A DNA stretch of 37,096 nt from Promethearchaeota archaeon (GCA_011364925.1 RDOA01000039.1:1-37096), one strand, 5' to 3'; counted from the first letter of the stretch, positions 1 through 9,887 are shown. Made by a program: numbers and translations. Notes: generated from the sequence alone by a model not told the origin.

Positions 1-60
1 CCTATAAAAAGAGAATCAAGTTTTAACATTGATATTAAAAATAGAAATTTCCAATATTAT

Positions 61-477
61 TTAGCTTTCTTGAACAACATAGAAATAAATTACTAATACT
101 AATAACCCAATGAATGTAAAAGAGAAAACTGTTGAATTTTTAAACGCTTGTATCAACGAAAGTATAAAAATCAAAAGGATTAGCTTAAAATCTAGTGGTT
201 TACCTGTTAATTCTTTATAATTTCCAATGCTAATCATCATAAAGATGAAGAAAAACAAGATAATAAGGATTTTAAGAATGACATCTATACTTACCCAGAT
301 CAATTCATCGCTTGTAAAAATAACAACAAACTCTCCATTTATAATAACCGATAATACTAAAAACACACCTCCAAGTATAGCTGAAAATATAACTGAACGG
401 TAAGCAGTTTTTTCAACAAACATAGGCTCTTTTTTAAGCGATTCAGGTTTCGCGGTATCTTTTCTTATTTTTGACAT
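61..477 (-). CDS. Hypothetical integral membrane protein (about 4 TM segments)
   Basis: 138 aa ORF with hydrophobic stretches; starts 1 nt after the stop of the 479..1336 ORF. Confidence 0.7.
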   Translation of the reverse strand: MSKIRKDTAKPESLKKEPMFVEKTAYRSVIFSAILGGVFLVLSVIINGEFVVIFTSDELIWVSIDVILKILIILFFFIFMMISIGNYKELTGKPLDFKLILLIFILSLIQAFKNSTVFSFTFIGLLVLVIYFYVVQES

Positions 478-478
478 T

Positions 479-1336
479 TTAGCTCCTTATTCTTTCGATT
501 TTTTTCTTGAGTTGGGTAATTCTATATAGATAAAATATATAAAAAGCTCCTATTGCAGAAAAAACGATTATTGTAGAGACTAATATTATAAGCTCACTGA
601 TATCTTCTGCTGGTTTCCTAGGTGGGTCTAAATATATCGAAACGATATTAGATACAATTATACCATCAGGATATATTGCTGTCTTACCATAGACAATTTT
701 AAAATCAAATTCGGCAACATGTTCTAATTCTACATCTTCAATCCCCCCCTCTCCTTTTTCAACTGGTATAGAAAATTCGTAAACAATTTCATTTCCATCC
801 AATTTAGCAACACCTTCTCCGTTAGACACCGAATCTTCATAGTATGCATTATCTGTAATATAATAATCGAGATATTGTTGAGTATTTCCACTAATATTTG
901 AAAATTGAACAATCTTAGCGTCAGTAAAGTTTAAACGATTATCCCAATCTGCGATTAATATTCCTACAAATTCATTATCATATTCGCTTGAACTATGATC
1001 ATTCAAATTGAAGCGAATTAAGAAGTCTAAATTGTATATCCCTTGACTGGGTTCTGTTTGTAAAATCCAAAAGTCAATAGGCAAACCATTAGTCTCATTA
1101 TCTAGATCTTGAAATAAATCAAGGTTTAGCTTTCTTGCAGAACTCCATTCGCTATTTGTCAAATCCAATATTCCATCTATAACAGGCGCTTTACCAAATC
1201 CCACGTCTGTCTGGATTGGGGTTCCTTTGCCACTTAATATAAAACATGTTGAAATAAGGAATATCTGAGTAAAAAATAAAAGAATAATTATTTTGAGTGT
1301 GTTTCTCTTCAATGTTATAAATCCACTTTTTTTCAA
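479..1336 (-). CDS. Exported, C-terminally membrane-anchored protein, possibly with a CBM9/DOMON-like beta domain
   Basis: N-terminal basic+hydrophobic signal, APVIDG..D...EW motif, VYEFSIP strand, C-terminal TM followed by a basic tail. Confidence 0.6.
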   Translation of the reverse strand: MKKSGFITLKRNTLKIIILLFFTQIFLISTCFILSGKGTPIQTDVGFGKAPVIDGILDLTNSEWSSARKLNLDLFQDLDNETNGLPIDFWILQTEPSQGIYNLDFLIRFNLNDHSSSEYDNEFVGILIADWDNRLNFTDAKIVQFSNISGNTQQYLDYYITDNAYYEDSVSNGEGVAKLDGNEIVYEFSIPVEKGEGGIEDVELEHVAEFDFKIVYGKTAIYPDGIIVSNIVSIYLDPPRKPAEDISELIILVSTIIVFSAIGAFYIFYLYRITQLKKKIERIRS

Positions 1337-1509
1337 TTAAGGTTTTGTTCAAATTTGCTTTTAAGAGACTTAATAAAAGTGATAATTAAAATTGAATTTA
1401 ATATTTTTTCTTTGTTACATTAATTTTTAAGGATTTCAAATCAATTATGAACAATTCTGATCCTATAAGACATAGACTCAAATCTAATATTTCAAGACTT
1501 GATTATAAC

Positions 1510-1959
1510 TCAGGATAGACTATTAGGGAGTAACACACTACAATTAAACTTAGTCAAATAAGCTACAATATAATTTATCAATCGCTTTATATCTCGTTTA
1601 GCTTCAAGTATATTACTATTATTATATTCTGCAAATGCTTTTGGACCTATTGCAATCAACAAACCTGAGAGATCCTTTTCTCTTTTTATAAGAAGCCAAA
1701 AGGGGTTCTTTTTTTCGTTATCTTTAATTAAAAGGAGCATCCAAGCATTTTCAGTCCAATCCTTTGCATCCGGCCCAATAATGCGCTCTATCGCATGTCC
1801 CGTTGTATACTTTTTCGTCATCTTAATGGCTTTGACTAATCGTGCAAAGTAAGATCGTTTTAAACTTAAATATCCATTGAAATATGCTTTTGCATCGTAT
1901 AGTTCTAATTCATTTGCCATTCCATCAGAGAATTTCAAATAAATTTTCCATATGTCCAT
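1510..1959 (-). CDS. Hypothetical protein
   Basis: 149 aa ATG ORF, co-oriented and closely spaced in the rpp30-pop5 gene run. Confidence 0.65.
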   Translation of the reverse strand: MDIWKIYLKFSDGMANELELYDAKAYFNGYLSLKRSYFARLVKAIKMTKKYTTGHAIERIIGPDAKDWTENAWMLLLIKDNEKKNPFWLLIKREKDLSGLLIAIGPKAFAEYNNSNILEAKRDIKRLINYIVAYLTKFNCSVLLPNSLS

Positions 1960-1978
1960 TAAGATTCACTTCAAACTA

Positions 1979-2407
1979 TTACAAACTTAACTCTTCTATT
2001 CTTATATCTTTGAATTTACTTTTATTTTTATCCAGAAATATTTTTAAATCATTAGATTTTTCGTCATCTAAAGCCAGATCAAGATAACACTCAAAATATA
2101 TTCTTCCATCTAATAAAACTAATCCTGATGAATGAATAATATTATACTTTTGGAGTTCTCTGGAAAAGATTTCAATATTTTCATCGATTTGCGTCAAACC
2201 AATAAGCGTGACTTTAAGTACTTTTTCATTCTTTATCGGATATACTGTGAATTTTGCATAATGGGTTGTTTCTGATTTTATAGTTAATACATGTTTATAA
2301 TTTTTAATTCCATCTATATGTGTTAAAGATGTCGTGATCTCAAGATCAGATGATTCGCCTATTTTCGTAATTCGAGCTGAAGTAAGATTTGGGTTCTCCA
2401 TTGCCAA
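1979..2407 (-). CDS. Hypothetical protein, possible C-terminal ACT-like fold
   Basis: 142 aa ORF; alternating beta/alpha pattern KVTL..IIHSSGLV..YFECYL. Confidence 0.55.
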   Translation of the reverse strand: MAMENPNLTSARITKIGESSDLEITTSLTHIDGIKNYKHVLTIKSETTHYAKFTVYPIKNEKVLKVTLIGLTQIDENIEIFSRELQKYNIIHSSGLVLLDGRIYFECYLDLALDDEKSNDLKIFLDKNKSKFKDIRIEELSL

Positions 2408-2436
2408 TTATCCTATTTATTGTTTCTGTAAGGTTA

Positions 2437-2778
2437 TTACTTCTTATTTAACATTAAATCTTTAACATTTTTTATGTTACGAATTGTTCCAGTGGTTTTA
2501 ATAGGAGACAAGATAACTTGGTTCCCTGAAATTTCGTTAATTAAAGTTAGTGATGACATAACTATTTCTTTTGTTTGATGAGAACAATGTATTATGCCAA
2601 AATTATCTTCAAAATTAACATCTAACAACCATAAACCTACTTTACTTGCCTCCTTTAATCCAAAATATTTCCAAATCGATGCCCATAGTGAATTTATAAT
2701 ATCCTTTTTATTTAATACTACAGTTGTATCTTTTATAATTTTAAATAAGATATATCTATGTTTCTCTTTTTTAACTAT
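2437..2778 (-). CDS. rnp2: Ribonuclease P protein component 2 (Pop5/Rpp14 family); extended upstream of the ORF-track start, probable ATA start
   Basis: Reading upstream in frame from 2628 gives IVKKEKHRYILFKI...LWASIWKYFGLKEASKVGLWLL...KTTGTIR, with Pop5 hallmarks KxRYIxF and (S/T)GTI(K/R); adjacent to rpp30. Confidence 0.85.
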   Translation of the reverse strand: MVKKEKHRYILFKIIKDTTVVLNKKDIINSLWASIWKYFGLKEASKVGLWLLDVNFEDNFGIIHCSHQTKEIVMSSLTLINEISGNQVILSPIKTTGTIRNIKNVKDLMLNKK

Positions 2779-3503
2779 TGGATGTCCCCCCTTCCGATTA
2801 GTTTCACACCGAGTTCATAATAGTTTTTATCTTGACGCATTTTAACACGATTGATAAGAGCTAACACATTATCTGAAAAGGCTTTTTTAGCTGTTAAAAG
2901 AGGAATGCTCAATAGAGTATGCGAAACGCTAATTAGAGCTCGAGGGTGCCTTAAATTATAAAAATTATCAACATTTCCACTGATAATAAAGTTAGCATTT
3001 AATTGCATAGATAATTGCAAAGCTCGGTATAGGCTTCTAAGAACCCTAGATTGAATAACTTTGCTTTTTGTCATTAATAGTCCTAAGGAAAATTCAATAA
3101 ACGAATTATTTTGTTTTGTAAGAGAGATTATACCTGGAGTTAATGTTTTAATCACATTTTCGTCTGAAAACGAAATTAAATCCACTCGTGAATCTCTGGC
3201 GGCTTGAATTTGAACTTCTTTATCTGTAGACTCAACTGCAATAATATTTGATACATTAATGTATTGCTTAAGCTTATTTCTTAAGTCGTCTAAATTCTTA
3301 GGTTTAAATGTTGTACGATAATATATTTTAAATTCTGAAAAACTGCTAATTTTATCCATTAGCTCCGGTTTTATGTTTTTAACACCATTTTCAAACTCTA
3401 AGATTAAGTACTTAATTCCTAGATTTTTACAGAAATCTAATTTCTGCTCAATATCCTCAAAATCATTAGAATTTACTTTTAATCTTGATTCAAAATATGG
3501 CAC
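2775..3503 (-). CDS. rnp3: Ribonuclease P protein component 3 (Rpp30)
   Basis: IIAVES...AARDSRVDLIS, IEFSL, FIISGNVDNFYNLRHPR (PHP-like barrel). GTG at 3503 preferred because GAGGGT lies upstream; TTG at 3527 is the alternative. Confidence 0.85.
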   Translation of the reverse strand: MPYFESRLKVNSNDFEDIEQKLDFCKNLGIKYLILEFENGVKNIKPELMDKISSFSEFKIYYRTTFKPKNLDDLRNKLKQYINVSNIIAVESTDKEVQIQAARDSRVDLISFSDENVIKTLTPGIISLTKQNNSFIEFSLGLLMTKSKVIQSRVLRSLYRALQLSMQLNANFIISGNVDNFYNLRHPRALISVSHTLLSIPLLTAKKAFSDNVLALINRVKMRQDKNYYELGVKLIGRGDIQ

Positions 3504-3628
3504 GAAAATATACCCTCGATCGTTCAAAAAGGATTTTAATAATGTCTTTTCGGTTGTTTTAGTAGTTTTAAATAAAAAAAAATTTAATAGAATATATATT
3601 TTACATGTTATACTGATTTGTAATATAA

Positions 3629-4927
3629 GTGGTTCTTATGCCTAATAAACGAAAGCTTTCTGAAATAAGGAGTAAAATTAAGAATGGCACTGCGAATGTT
3701 ATTACAGTTCAAGAATTTATCACGCGAATAAAAGATGGAGAACCCGTCAAGTTCGAGGATGTTGATGTAATTACTACTGCCACCAAAGGTTTGATGAGTG
3801 GAATAATGGGAGTTTTCTCGTTCAGACTAAGTCTACCAAAAACTAATCGGAAATTTACTGAAATAAGTATGAATGGTATATCTGCATTTCCAGGTCCTTG
3901 TCCAAACGAGTATCTAGGAATTGCAGATCTTATCGTTTATGGAACTGCTCAAAGCCAAACAAGAGAACATTACTGTGGAGGGTCCCTATTTAGAGAACTT
4001 GTTGAAGGTAAACCTATTGAAGTTATTGCTAAAAGTAGTGAAGGAGAAGTAATCGAAAGAATATTAACTTTAGAAGATATGCAATATGCGAATTTAATGG
4101 GAACTAGACAAGCTATAAAGAATTACAATGCCATGCTTAACTGTGAATCGTACCAAGTAGATACAATATTTTCCTGCCTTCCATTTGAACCTGATAAATC
4201 ACAACTTACCTTTTCTGGATGTGGAGCTCTAAATCCGTTCCAAAACGATCCTGAATTTCAATCTTTCGGTGTAGGTACTCCACTTCTTGTAAATGGAGCT
4301 ATAGGGTATCTTATAGGACCGGGAACCCGTAACTACATCGAAAAACCTAACATGATGACAATAGCTCCAATGAGTCAGATGAGTCCAGAATATATGGGTG
4401 CATTTAAAACTTCTTATGGAGTTGAACCAATTTGCTCGATCGCCGTTCCTATTCCTATTCTTAACGAAAAAATATTTAATAATGTAGTTAAATCTGATAA
4501 AGATGTAAAACTGAAGATATTAAGTCTAGTTGGGAGAGAAAAAGTAGGAGAAATAACATATGGAGATGTCTGGGATAATAATTTTGTTATGAAATTCAAT
4601 CCTGATGCGTGTAAAAAAGGGTATGAATGTAAAGTTATTGGTAAATGCCCAACAGATGCTTTCATAATAAAAGATGAACTCATTGTCGCTATTGATAGAT
4701 CACGATGTTTCAATTGTGGTAACTGTGCCTGGTTGTGCCCAGAAGCCTTTAAATTAGATCTCAAATCAATCTCTTTTGAAAGTAATAATATTCCAGTCGT
4801 TTTAAGGCAATCAGACCGCGCTGGTGCAATCCTTTTAGCTGAACAGTTAAAACAAATGATCCTCAACGAAGAATTCCCACTGAAAAAGCCTACTGGAGAA
4901 CTAGATTTTGCAGAAAGCATCAAATAG
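3629..4927 (+). CDS. Methanogenesis marker 16-like metalloprotein (DUF39/homocysteine-biosynthesis sulfur-incorporation family with a C-terminal ferredoxin domain)
   Basis: DVDVITTATKGLMSG, NG..AFPGPCPNE.LG, SGCGALNPFQNDP, GTPLLVNGAIGYLIGPGTR; CFNCGNC...CP Fe-S motif. Confidence 0.8.
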   Translation: MVLMPNKRKLSEIRSKIKNGTANVITVQEFITRIKDGEPVKFEDVDVITTATKGLMSGIMGVFSFRLSLPKTNRKFTEISMNGISAFPGPCPNEYLGIADLIVYGTAQSQTREHYCGGSLFRELVEGKPIEVIAKSSEGEVIERILTLEDMQYANLMGTRQAIKNYNAMLNCESYQVDTIFSCLPFEPDKSQLTFSGCGALNPFQNDPEFQSFGVGTPLLVNGAIGYLIGPGTRNYIEKPNMMTIAPMSQMSPEYMGAFKTSYGVEPICSIAVPIPILNEKIFNNVVKSDKDVKLKILSLVGREKVGEITYGDVWDNNFVMKFNPDACKKGYECKVIGKCPTDAFIIKDELIVAIDRSRCFNCGNCAWLCPEAFKLDLKSISFESNNIPVVLRQSDRAGAILLAEQLKQMILNEEFPLKKPTGELDFAESIK

Positions 4928-4949
4928 AGCGTGAAAAAAACACGCTTTT
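4928..4949 (+). terminator. Hairpin plus T-tract after the marker-16 gene
   Basis: AGCGTG-AAAAAAA-CACGCT-TTT immediately after the stop codon. Confidence 0.5.
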
Positions 4950-5003
4950 CCTAACTCTTAGCGTTCTAAAAAAGTTTATTTTTAATTTACAATACTTCAA
5001 TTT

Positions 5004-6746
5004 ATGTCTAAACAAAATATTGGTCCTATAGATGGTGGAGATCTAGTTGTTAAAAGCCTTCTTAAGGAGGGAATTACAAAGGTTTTTGGACTTGTTGGCG
5101 GAGAACTATTACGGATTTATGACGCTATAGAACGCTATGGCCGTGAAGAAGGTATTGATACTATTATGGTTCGCCACGAACAAGCCGCTGGACACATGGC
5201 AGATGCTTGGGCGAGGGCAACCGGTAAATTAGGAGTATGTTTAGGAACTGCGGGTCCTGGCGTCGCTCATCTCGTTCCAGCTGTAGCAGCGGCATGGGCA
5301 GATTCTATTCCACTTCTAGTAATAGGAGCGCAAATCGCTAGAATGTTTGATGACACAGGGATTCTCCAAGGCGGGTTAGATCAAATGAAATTAATGGAAC
5401 CGATCACTAAACTTCAAATTTCTGTCGAAGAACCCTATGAGATACCTAAAGCAATACAAAGAGCGATTAAAGCTGCAATGTCAGGCAGAAGAGGGCCTGT
5501 CTTTTTAGAATTTAGAGAAACTGCTTTAGTACGAAAAGCTAGTGAAGAAGACTTAAACAACATACTTGATCCTGAGCAATATAGACCTATTAATCGACCT
5601 GCTGGGAATTCAGATGAAATAAAAAAAGCAGTACAAATCCTAAAAACTGCCAAAAAGCCATTAATCATTGCTGGTGGGGGTGTTCACGCATCTGATGCGT
5701 CTAATGAATTAAAAAAATTATCAACCACTTATAAAATTCCTTGTGGTACATCTATTAATGGCGTTGGTACAATTGATGTTCGGACTGAAACTTATGTAGG
5801 TTCATATTTAGTCGCTAATGCATACAGAAAAGCAGTAGCTGAAGCTGATGTGGTCATATCTTTCGGTACTAAATGGGATTACACAATACTGTTTGGTGCT
5901 CCACCTATTTGGAATACAAATGCAAAAATAATCCAAAACGATATCGACCCAGAAATGATTGGAAGAAACCGAAAGGTTAGTGTGGCAATTATTGGGGACG
6001 CTAAAGCTGTAATCAACCAACTCCTTGCTGAAATGGAAACTTCACTCCCTAAAGATAAAATTACTCAATGGACGGAATGGAATATGTTTCTTACCGAAGT
6101 TAAGCAAAACGACGCTCTCGAGATTCAAAAATTGTTAAAATACAATAAATTACCTATGAAACCAGAAAGATTTGTATATGAAGTATTAGATTCAATAAAA
6201 CACGATTCTCAATTAGTAATTGACGGTGGCGATATTGCAGTTTTTACTTTTGGATTAATTAGCAATTTTCCGCGCGATCCAAGAACACTATACTTTCCAA
6301 TAACTATGGGGCATCTAGGAACAGGTATCCCGCATGCCATTGGTGCTCAAATTGCGAACCCAGATAAACAGGTTGTTGTAATAAACGGAGACGGTAGCTT
6401 TATGTTTAATGTTCAAGAACTAGATACAGCAGTGAGATTAAATCTACCAATAATCGTAATGATTGCTAACAACTGTGCGTGGGGCATGATAAAAAGCAAA
6501 CAAAAGGGAGAATTTAAGAAGAGATATTGCGATGTTGATTTGCCTCCAACTAATTACGCTGAAATTGCGAAAGGTTTTGGGTGTTACGGTGAAAAAATTG
6601 AAAACCCAGAGGATATCAAACCCGCCATCCAAAGAGCTATAGAATCTAAAAAACCAGCGGTTATAGATGTAGATATCGCTTTTGAAACTCCAATTGCCAT
6701 GAAAGTAATTGCAAATCTTAAAAAAAATCGAGGACTTTATGGCTAA
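5004..6746 (+). CDS. Thiamine pyrophosphate-dependent enzyme, acetolactate synthase large subunit-like
   Basis: RHEQAAGHMADAWAR, GPG, TPP motif GDGSFMF...NN. Confidence 0.9.
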   Translation: MSKQNIGPIDGGDLVVKSLLKEGITKVFGLVGGELLRIYDAIERYGREEGIDTIMVRHEQAAGHMADAWARATGKLGVCLGTAGPGVAHLVPAVAAAWADSIPLLVIGAQIARMFDDTGILQGGLDQMKLMEPITKLQISVEEPYEIPKAIQRAIKAAMSGRRGPVFLEFRETALVRKASEEDLNNILDPEQYRPINRPAGNSDEIKKAVQILKTAKKPLIIAGGGVHASDASNELKKLSTTYKIPCGTSINGVGTIDVRTETYVGSYLVANAYRKAVAEADVVISFGTKWDYTILFGAPPIWNTNAKIIQNDIDPEMIGRNRKVSVAIIGDAKAVINQLLAEMETSLPKDKITQWTEWNMFLTEVKQNDALEIQKLLKYNKLPMKPERFVYEVLDSIKHDSQLVIDGGDIAVFTFGLISNFPRDPRTLYFPITMGHLGTGIPHAIGAQIANPDKQVVVINGDGSFMFNVQELDTAVRLNLPIIVMIANNCAWGMIKSKQKGEFKKRYCDVDLPPTNYAEIAKGFGCYGEKIENPEDIKPAIQRAIESKKPAVIDVDIAFETPIAMKVIANLKKNRGLYG

Positions 6747-6834
6747 TTATTTTACAATTTTCTTTTTATTCAACTTCTTTTCAATTTGAAATAACTTATT
6801 AGGTATTTATTTTAAAAAAGAAAGGGAAGTAAGT

Positions 6835-6883
6835 AGTGTTCAATTGGAGAGCTTCATAATAAAGCACTCTAATAATAAACACC
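6835..6883 (-). other. Conserved 3' stem-loop of mini-gene copy 1
   Basis: Minus strand: GGTGTT...AGAGTGCTTT-ATTAT-GAAGCTCT...AACACT, then TTCCCTTTCTTTTTT. Confidence 0.6.
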
Positions 6884-6886
6884 AAA

Positions 6887-6916
6887 TTACGGATTTATAG
6901 AACCTTGACCGGGCAA
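6887..6916 (-). CDS. Nonapeptide micro-ORF copy 1 (MPGQGSINP, TTG start)
   Basis: AGGTGAT-GGTT-TTG CCC GGT CAA GGT TCT ATA AAT CCG TAA; same length and SD spacing as the three other copies. Confidence 0.7.
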   Translation of the reverse strand: MPGQGSINP

Positions 6917-7012
6917 AACCATCACCTTTTATATAAATTCGATTTACATTGTCGTAAATCCTAAGAAAAGTTAGAGTTTTTTCATCCTTTTCATTTTATT
7001 TTATTCATTACT

Positions 7013-7026
7013 TATTTAAACTTCGA
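7013..7026 (-). promoter_or_regulatory. Putative promoter of mini-gene copy 1
   Basis: Minus strand TCG-AAG-TTTAAATA, shared with the other copies. Confidence 0.55.
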
Positions 7027-7188
7027 TGTTTCTTTTTAAATCAATTAAAATAAGGGAGTAAAATTCTAAATTAAAATATCAGAAAACTTTATATCTAATT
7101 AAATTTAAATTATCTAGGTGAAACTGCCGAACTCTAAATATATCTGTAAACTAACCAGAGTTAAATACGAGAATTATTAAGAACAATT

Positions 7189-8397
7189 CTAGTTTAAGTC
7201 AGAAGGTAGAATTGGATTAACAAGCAAACTTTTATATTCTTTTATAGATGGAATTTTGCCATATTTTTTTCTTAAAATGTTTGTTCCGAGATAATATAAA
7301 AAAGCATTTTTCGAGTAAACAGGATTTAATATCCTTTCAATTTCGTTTTTTAATTGTTCTTCGCTAAAAAGACCAATACCTTTTCCAAATTGAACGAGTT
7401 CCTCCTCGTTATATTTGTCTACTAAAGCGTGATAGGCAAAATTGTACCAAAAAACAGAAATTTTAGCTTTAATTTCGTCTTGTAATATCAATATTTCAAG
7501 AGGGACTTCTTTTGATATATCTGGACAAAATTCTCTTAAAGAAATTTCTGCAGATTCAATGTTTGAAAAGAGAATTGAATTGGCTAATTTCGCAATTCCT
7601 TCTGAAATAATCATCTGAGGAGAATGGATAATCAATATTGATTGCTCAAAGTGATTTAACTCGTGATATAACATTTGTTCTTTTACAGAGAATTCCGTGT
7701 GATGCCCTGGATATCCTTCATGACTAGCAGCTGATAGAAATGCAGTCCAATACATGTCATATTTTGGGTTGAGTTCAATTCTGGATTTGTAATTACCTTG
7801 ATACCAGTTATAGAAAGACCACTTTAAATTGTAATTTGATTGTTCGACCAAATCAATAGAAATCTGCTCTTCTTTAGGTAAGAGATTGGGGAGTATTTTT
7901 TTAGTCTGTTTTCTCACAATGTTCAATGCTTTTTGAAACATAGTGAAGACTTGCGCTTCGGGAACTCTTCGCGTCAGTCTTAAATTAGCCATATGCTCTG
8001 TTATGTTCCCAGGACCTTCATATGCTTCATTAATTTCCTCTTTTAAGTTTTTTAACTCTATCTCATAAGCTGGATCTAAATTTACATCATAAAGTTTTAA
8101 AAATTGGTCTTTTATTGAATAATCGATTCCATTTAACATTTCTATCGATGTTTTCATAGAGGTTATAATTTTTTCAAGGAACCGTTCTCGTTTAAGGTCA
8201 TAACCTTGAGATTGTAAATGTTGTATCAAAGCTCTTGAATCTTTTAATAATCTAATAGGTGCCATTGGAAACTCACTTTCTACGATTTTTCTTAGATTTT
8301 CTGGTCCATAATAAAAATCAACATAACCTTTAATATGCTTATTAATCCGGAGTGCTAATAGTAAATAATCTTCTTCAAATTTGGAAAGTTTTATCAT
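7189..8397 (-). CDS. DUF885-like putative zinc metallopeptidase, paralog A
   Basis: HEGYPGHHTE motif, downstream SEGIA (third ligand), N-terminal YLLLALR...GYVDFYYGP. Confidence 0.75.
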   Translation of the reverse strand: MIKLSKFEEDYLLLALRINKHIKGYVDFYYGPENLRKIVESEFPMAPIRLLKDSRALIQHLQSQGYDLKRERFLEKIITSMKTSIEMLNGIDYSIKDQFLKLYDVNLDPAYEIELKNLKEEINEAYEGPGNITEHMANLRLTRRVPEAQVFTMFQKALNIVRKQTKKILPNLLPKEEQISIDLVEQSNYNLKWSFYNWYQGNYKSRIELNPKYDMYWTAFLSAASHEGYPGHHTEFSVKEQMLYHELNHFEQSILIIHSPQMIISEGIAKLANSILFSNIESAEISLREFCPDISKEVPLEILILQDEIKAKISVFWYNFAYHALVDKYNEEELVQFGKGIGLFSEEQLKNEIERILNPVYSKNAFLYYLGTNILRKKYGKIPSIKEYKSLLVNPILPSDLN

Positions 8398-8584
8398 ATT
8401 GATTTAACATAATAATTATTTTATAAGGAGTTGATCTAAAAATCAACAATTTTAAGAAAATTTAAATGAATCTTTTTTTTACAAATTAATTTAACTTTAA
8501 AATAAACATTTAATTCAATGTTTAATACATCTAATTCAAAATCTCTAATTTTAATTTCTCACAATAACTAAAAGGTGTTTTAAA

Positions 8585-9391
8585 ATGTCGGAAGATAAAT
8601 TTTTAAAAGGAAAGGTAGCTCTAATAACCGGCGCTGGTAGTGGATTTGGCCAAAAAATGGCTATCGCATATGCCGTGAAAGGAGCCGATTTGGTTTTAAA
8701 CGATATTAACGAAGATGGTCTCGAAGAGACACGTAATTTAGTTCTGGAACAATACAATTCTAAAATTCTCTTAGTTAAAGCTGATGTTTCAAACTCCAAA
8801 GAAGTTGAAGAAATGGCTAAAAAGACATTTGAAACTTTTGATAATGTATTTGTGTTAGTGAATAATGCTGGAATAGACGGTGGACTTTATACTGCTTTGA
8901 AAGCCAAAGAGTCTGTATACGATAAAGTGTTTGCCGTTAATGTTAAAGGTCCGTTGAACGTTACTAAAGCGTTCTTTCGGAATATGAAGCGACAGAAGCA
9001 GTTCCAACCAATAGCTGGTAAAATTATAAACATTGCTTCAGTTGCGGGAACTCCAAATGGTCATAATCCGATGCTCGGAATTTATAGCGCAAGTAAAGCG
9101 GCATTAATAGCGTTTACGAAACTATGGGCTCTTGAATTAGGAAAAAGCAACATAACTGTTAACGCTATAAGTCCTGGTGTCTTTCTTACGCCTATCTATA
9201 ATAACGATCCTAAATTAATTCGCCAATTTCTTGAGACAAGAAATGTAAAAATACCAATTGATAGGATCGGTGAGGCAGAATGGGTCGCTGACTTAGCAGT
9301 GTTCTTAGCATCTTCAACAGCAGATTACATCACTGGACAAAACTTCATTATAGACGGTGGAATGAGTATATCAGTCAACAAGCTAAATTAA
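8585..9391 (+). CDS. Short-chain dehydrogenase/reductase (FabG-like)
   Basis: TGAGSGFG, NNAG, YSASK, NAISPG, ITGQ...DGG. Confidence 0.92.
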   Translation: MSEDKFLKGKVALITGAGSGFGQKMAIAYAVKGADLVLNDINEDGLEETRNLVLEQYNSKILLVKADVSNSKEVEEMAKKTFETFDNVFVLVNNAGIDGGLYTALKAKESVYDKVFAVNVKGPLNVTKAFFRNMKRQKQFQPIAGKIINIASVAGTPNGHNPMLGIYSASKAALIAFTKLWALELGKSNITVNAISPGVFLTPIYNNDPKLIRQFLETRNVKIPIDRIGEAEWVADLAVFLASSTADYITGQNFIIDGGMSISVNKLN

Positions 9392-9447
9392 TCTTATGAT
9401 ATCTTTTATTATTCTATAACATTTCTAAAAAAAGAAAAGAAAGTAAG

Positions 9448-9493
9448 TGGTAGGCTTATACGGAGCATTCCTATGCTCTTATAAGTAGTACCA
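9448..9493 (-). other. Conserved 3' stem-loop of mini-gene copy 2
   Basis: TGGTA/TACCA, CTTATA/TATAAG, GAGCAT-AGGA-ATGCTC, followed by a U-rich tract. Confidence 0.7.
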
Positions 9494-9495
9494 AA

Positions 9496-9525
9496 TTACG
9501 GACAAATACCATTTTCGCCTGGCAT
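9496..9525 (-). CDS. Nonapeptide micro-ORF copy 2 (MPGENGICP)
   Basis: GGAGTGAT-TAAA-ATG CCA GGC GAA AAT GGT ATT TGT CCG TAA. Confidence 0.75.
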   Translation of the reverse strand: MPGENGICP

Positions 9526-9633
9526 TTTAATCACTCCATTAGATTTTAAAAATATAAATATATCTATCTAAAATATGAGATTTTTGAACTCAGTTTCCAG
9601 TTTTTTCTCACTTATCTTGTGTATTAAATTGAT

Positions 9634-9650
9634 TATTTAAAATCCGAAAA
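9634..9650 (-). promoter_or_regulatory. Putative promoter of mini-gene copy 2
   Basis: Minus strand TTTTCG-GAT-TTTAAATA. Confidence 0.6.
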
Positions 9651-9704
9651 TATTTGAAAAAAGATACTCTTGATGTTTTTTCTTAAAAAAGAAAGAGAAA
9701 TAAG

Positions 9705-9749
9705 GGTGTATATATTAAGAGTCTCAATATAGATTACTCTTATAACACC
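9705..9749 (-). other. Conserved 3' stem-loop of mini-gene copy 3
   Basis: GGTGT/ACACC and TAAGAGT/ACTCTTA stems, followed by a U-rich tract. Confidence 0.65.
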
Positions 9750-9752
9750 GAA

Positions 9753-9782
9753 TTAAGGCAATGTACCATTGTCTCCTGGCAA
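9753..9782 (-). CDS. Nonapeptide micro-ORF copy 3 (MPGDNGTLP, TTG start)
   Basis: GGATTGAT-TAAT-TTG CCA GGA GAC AAT GGT ACA TTG CCT TAA. Confidence 0.72.
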   Translation of the reverse strand: MPGDNGTLP

Positions 9783-9887
9783 ATTAATCAATCCTTCTAA
9801 ATTTTGAGAAATTTCTTTTCTGTCTTAAATGAATTTAAATATTCTATAGTGTTTTTTTTTACAGTCATTAATATGATTCAAAATAAA

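Noticed and set aside
4414-4923. 169 aa minus-strand ORF and the other short ORFs lying within or antisense to long genes (in smc, valS, the VWA gene, etc.)
   Set aside because: They are shadow ORFs overlapping well-supported genes and have no recognisable motifs.
6887-6922. ATG start giving an 11 aa version of copy 1 (MVLPGQGSINP)
   Set aside because: That ATG overlaps the SD; the TTG gives the same spacing and length as the other copies.
9797-9868. Leaderless 23 aa uORF (MTVKKNTIEYLNSFKTEKKFLKI) ending at the SD of copy 3
   Set aside because: Equivalent ORFs in the other three leaders are only 7-15 codons and dissimilar, so this is probably chance.
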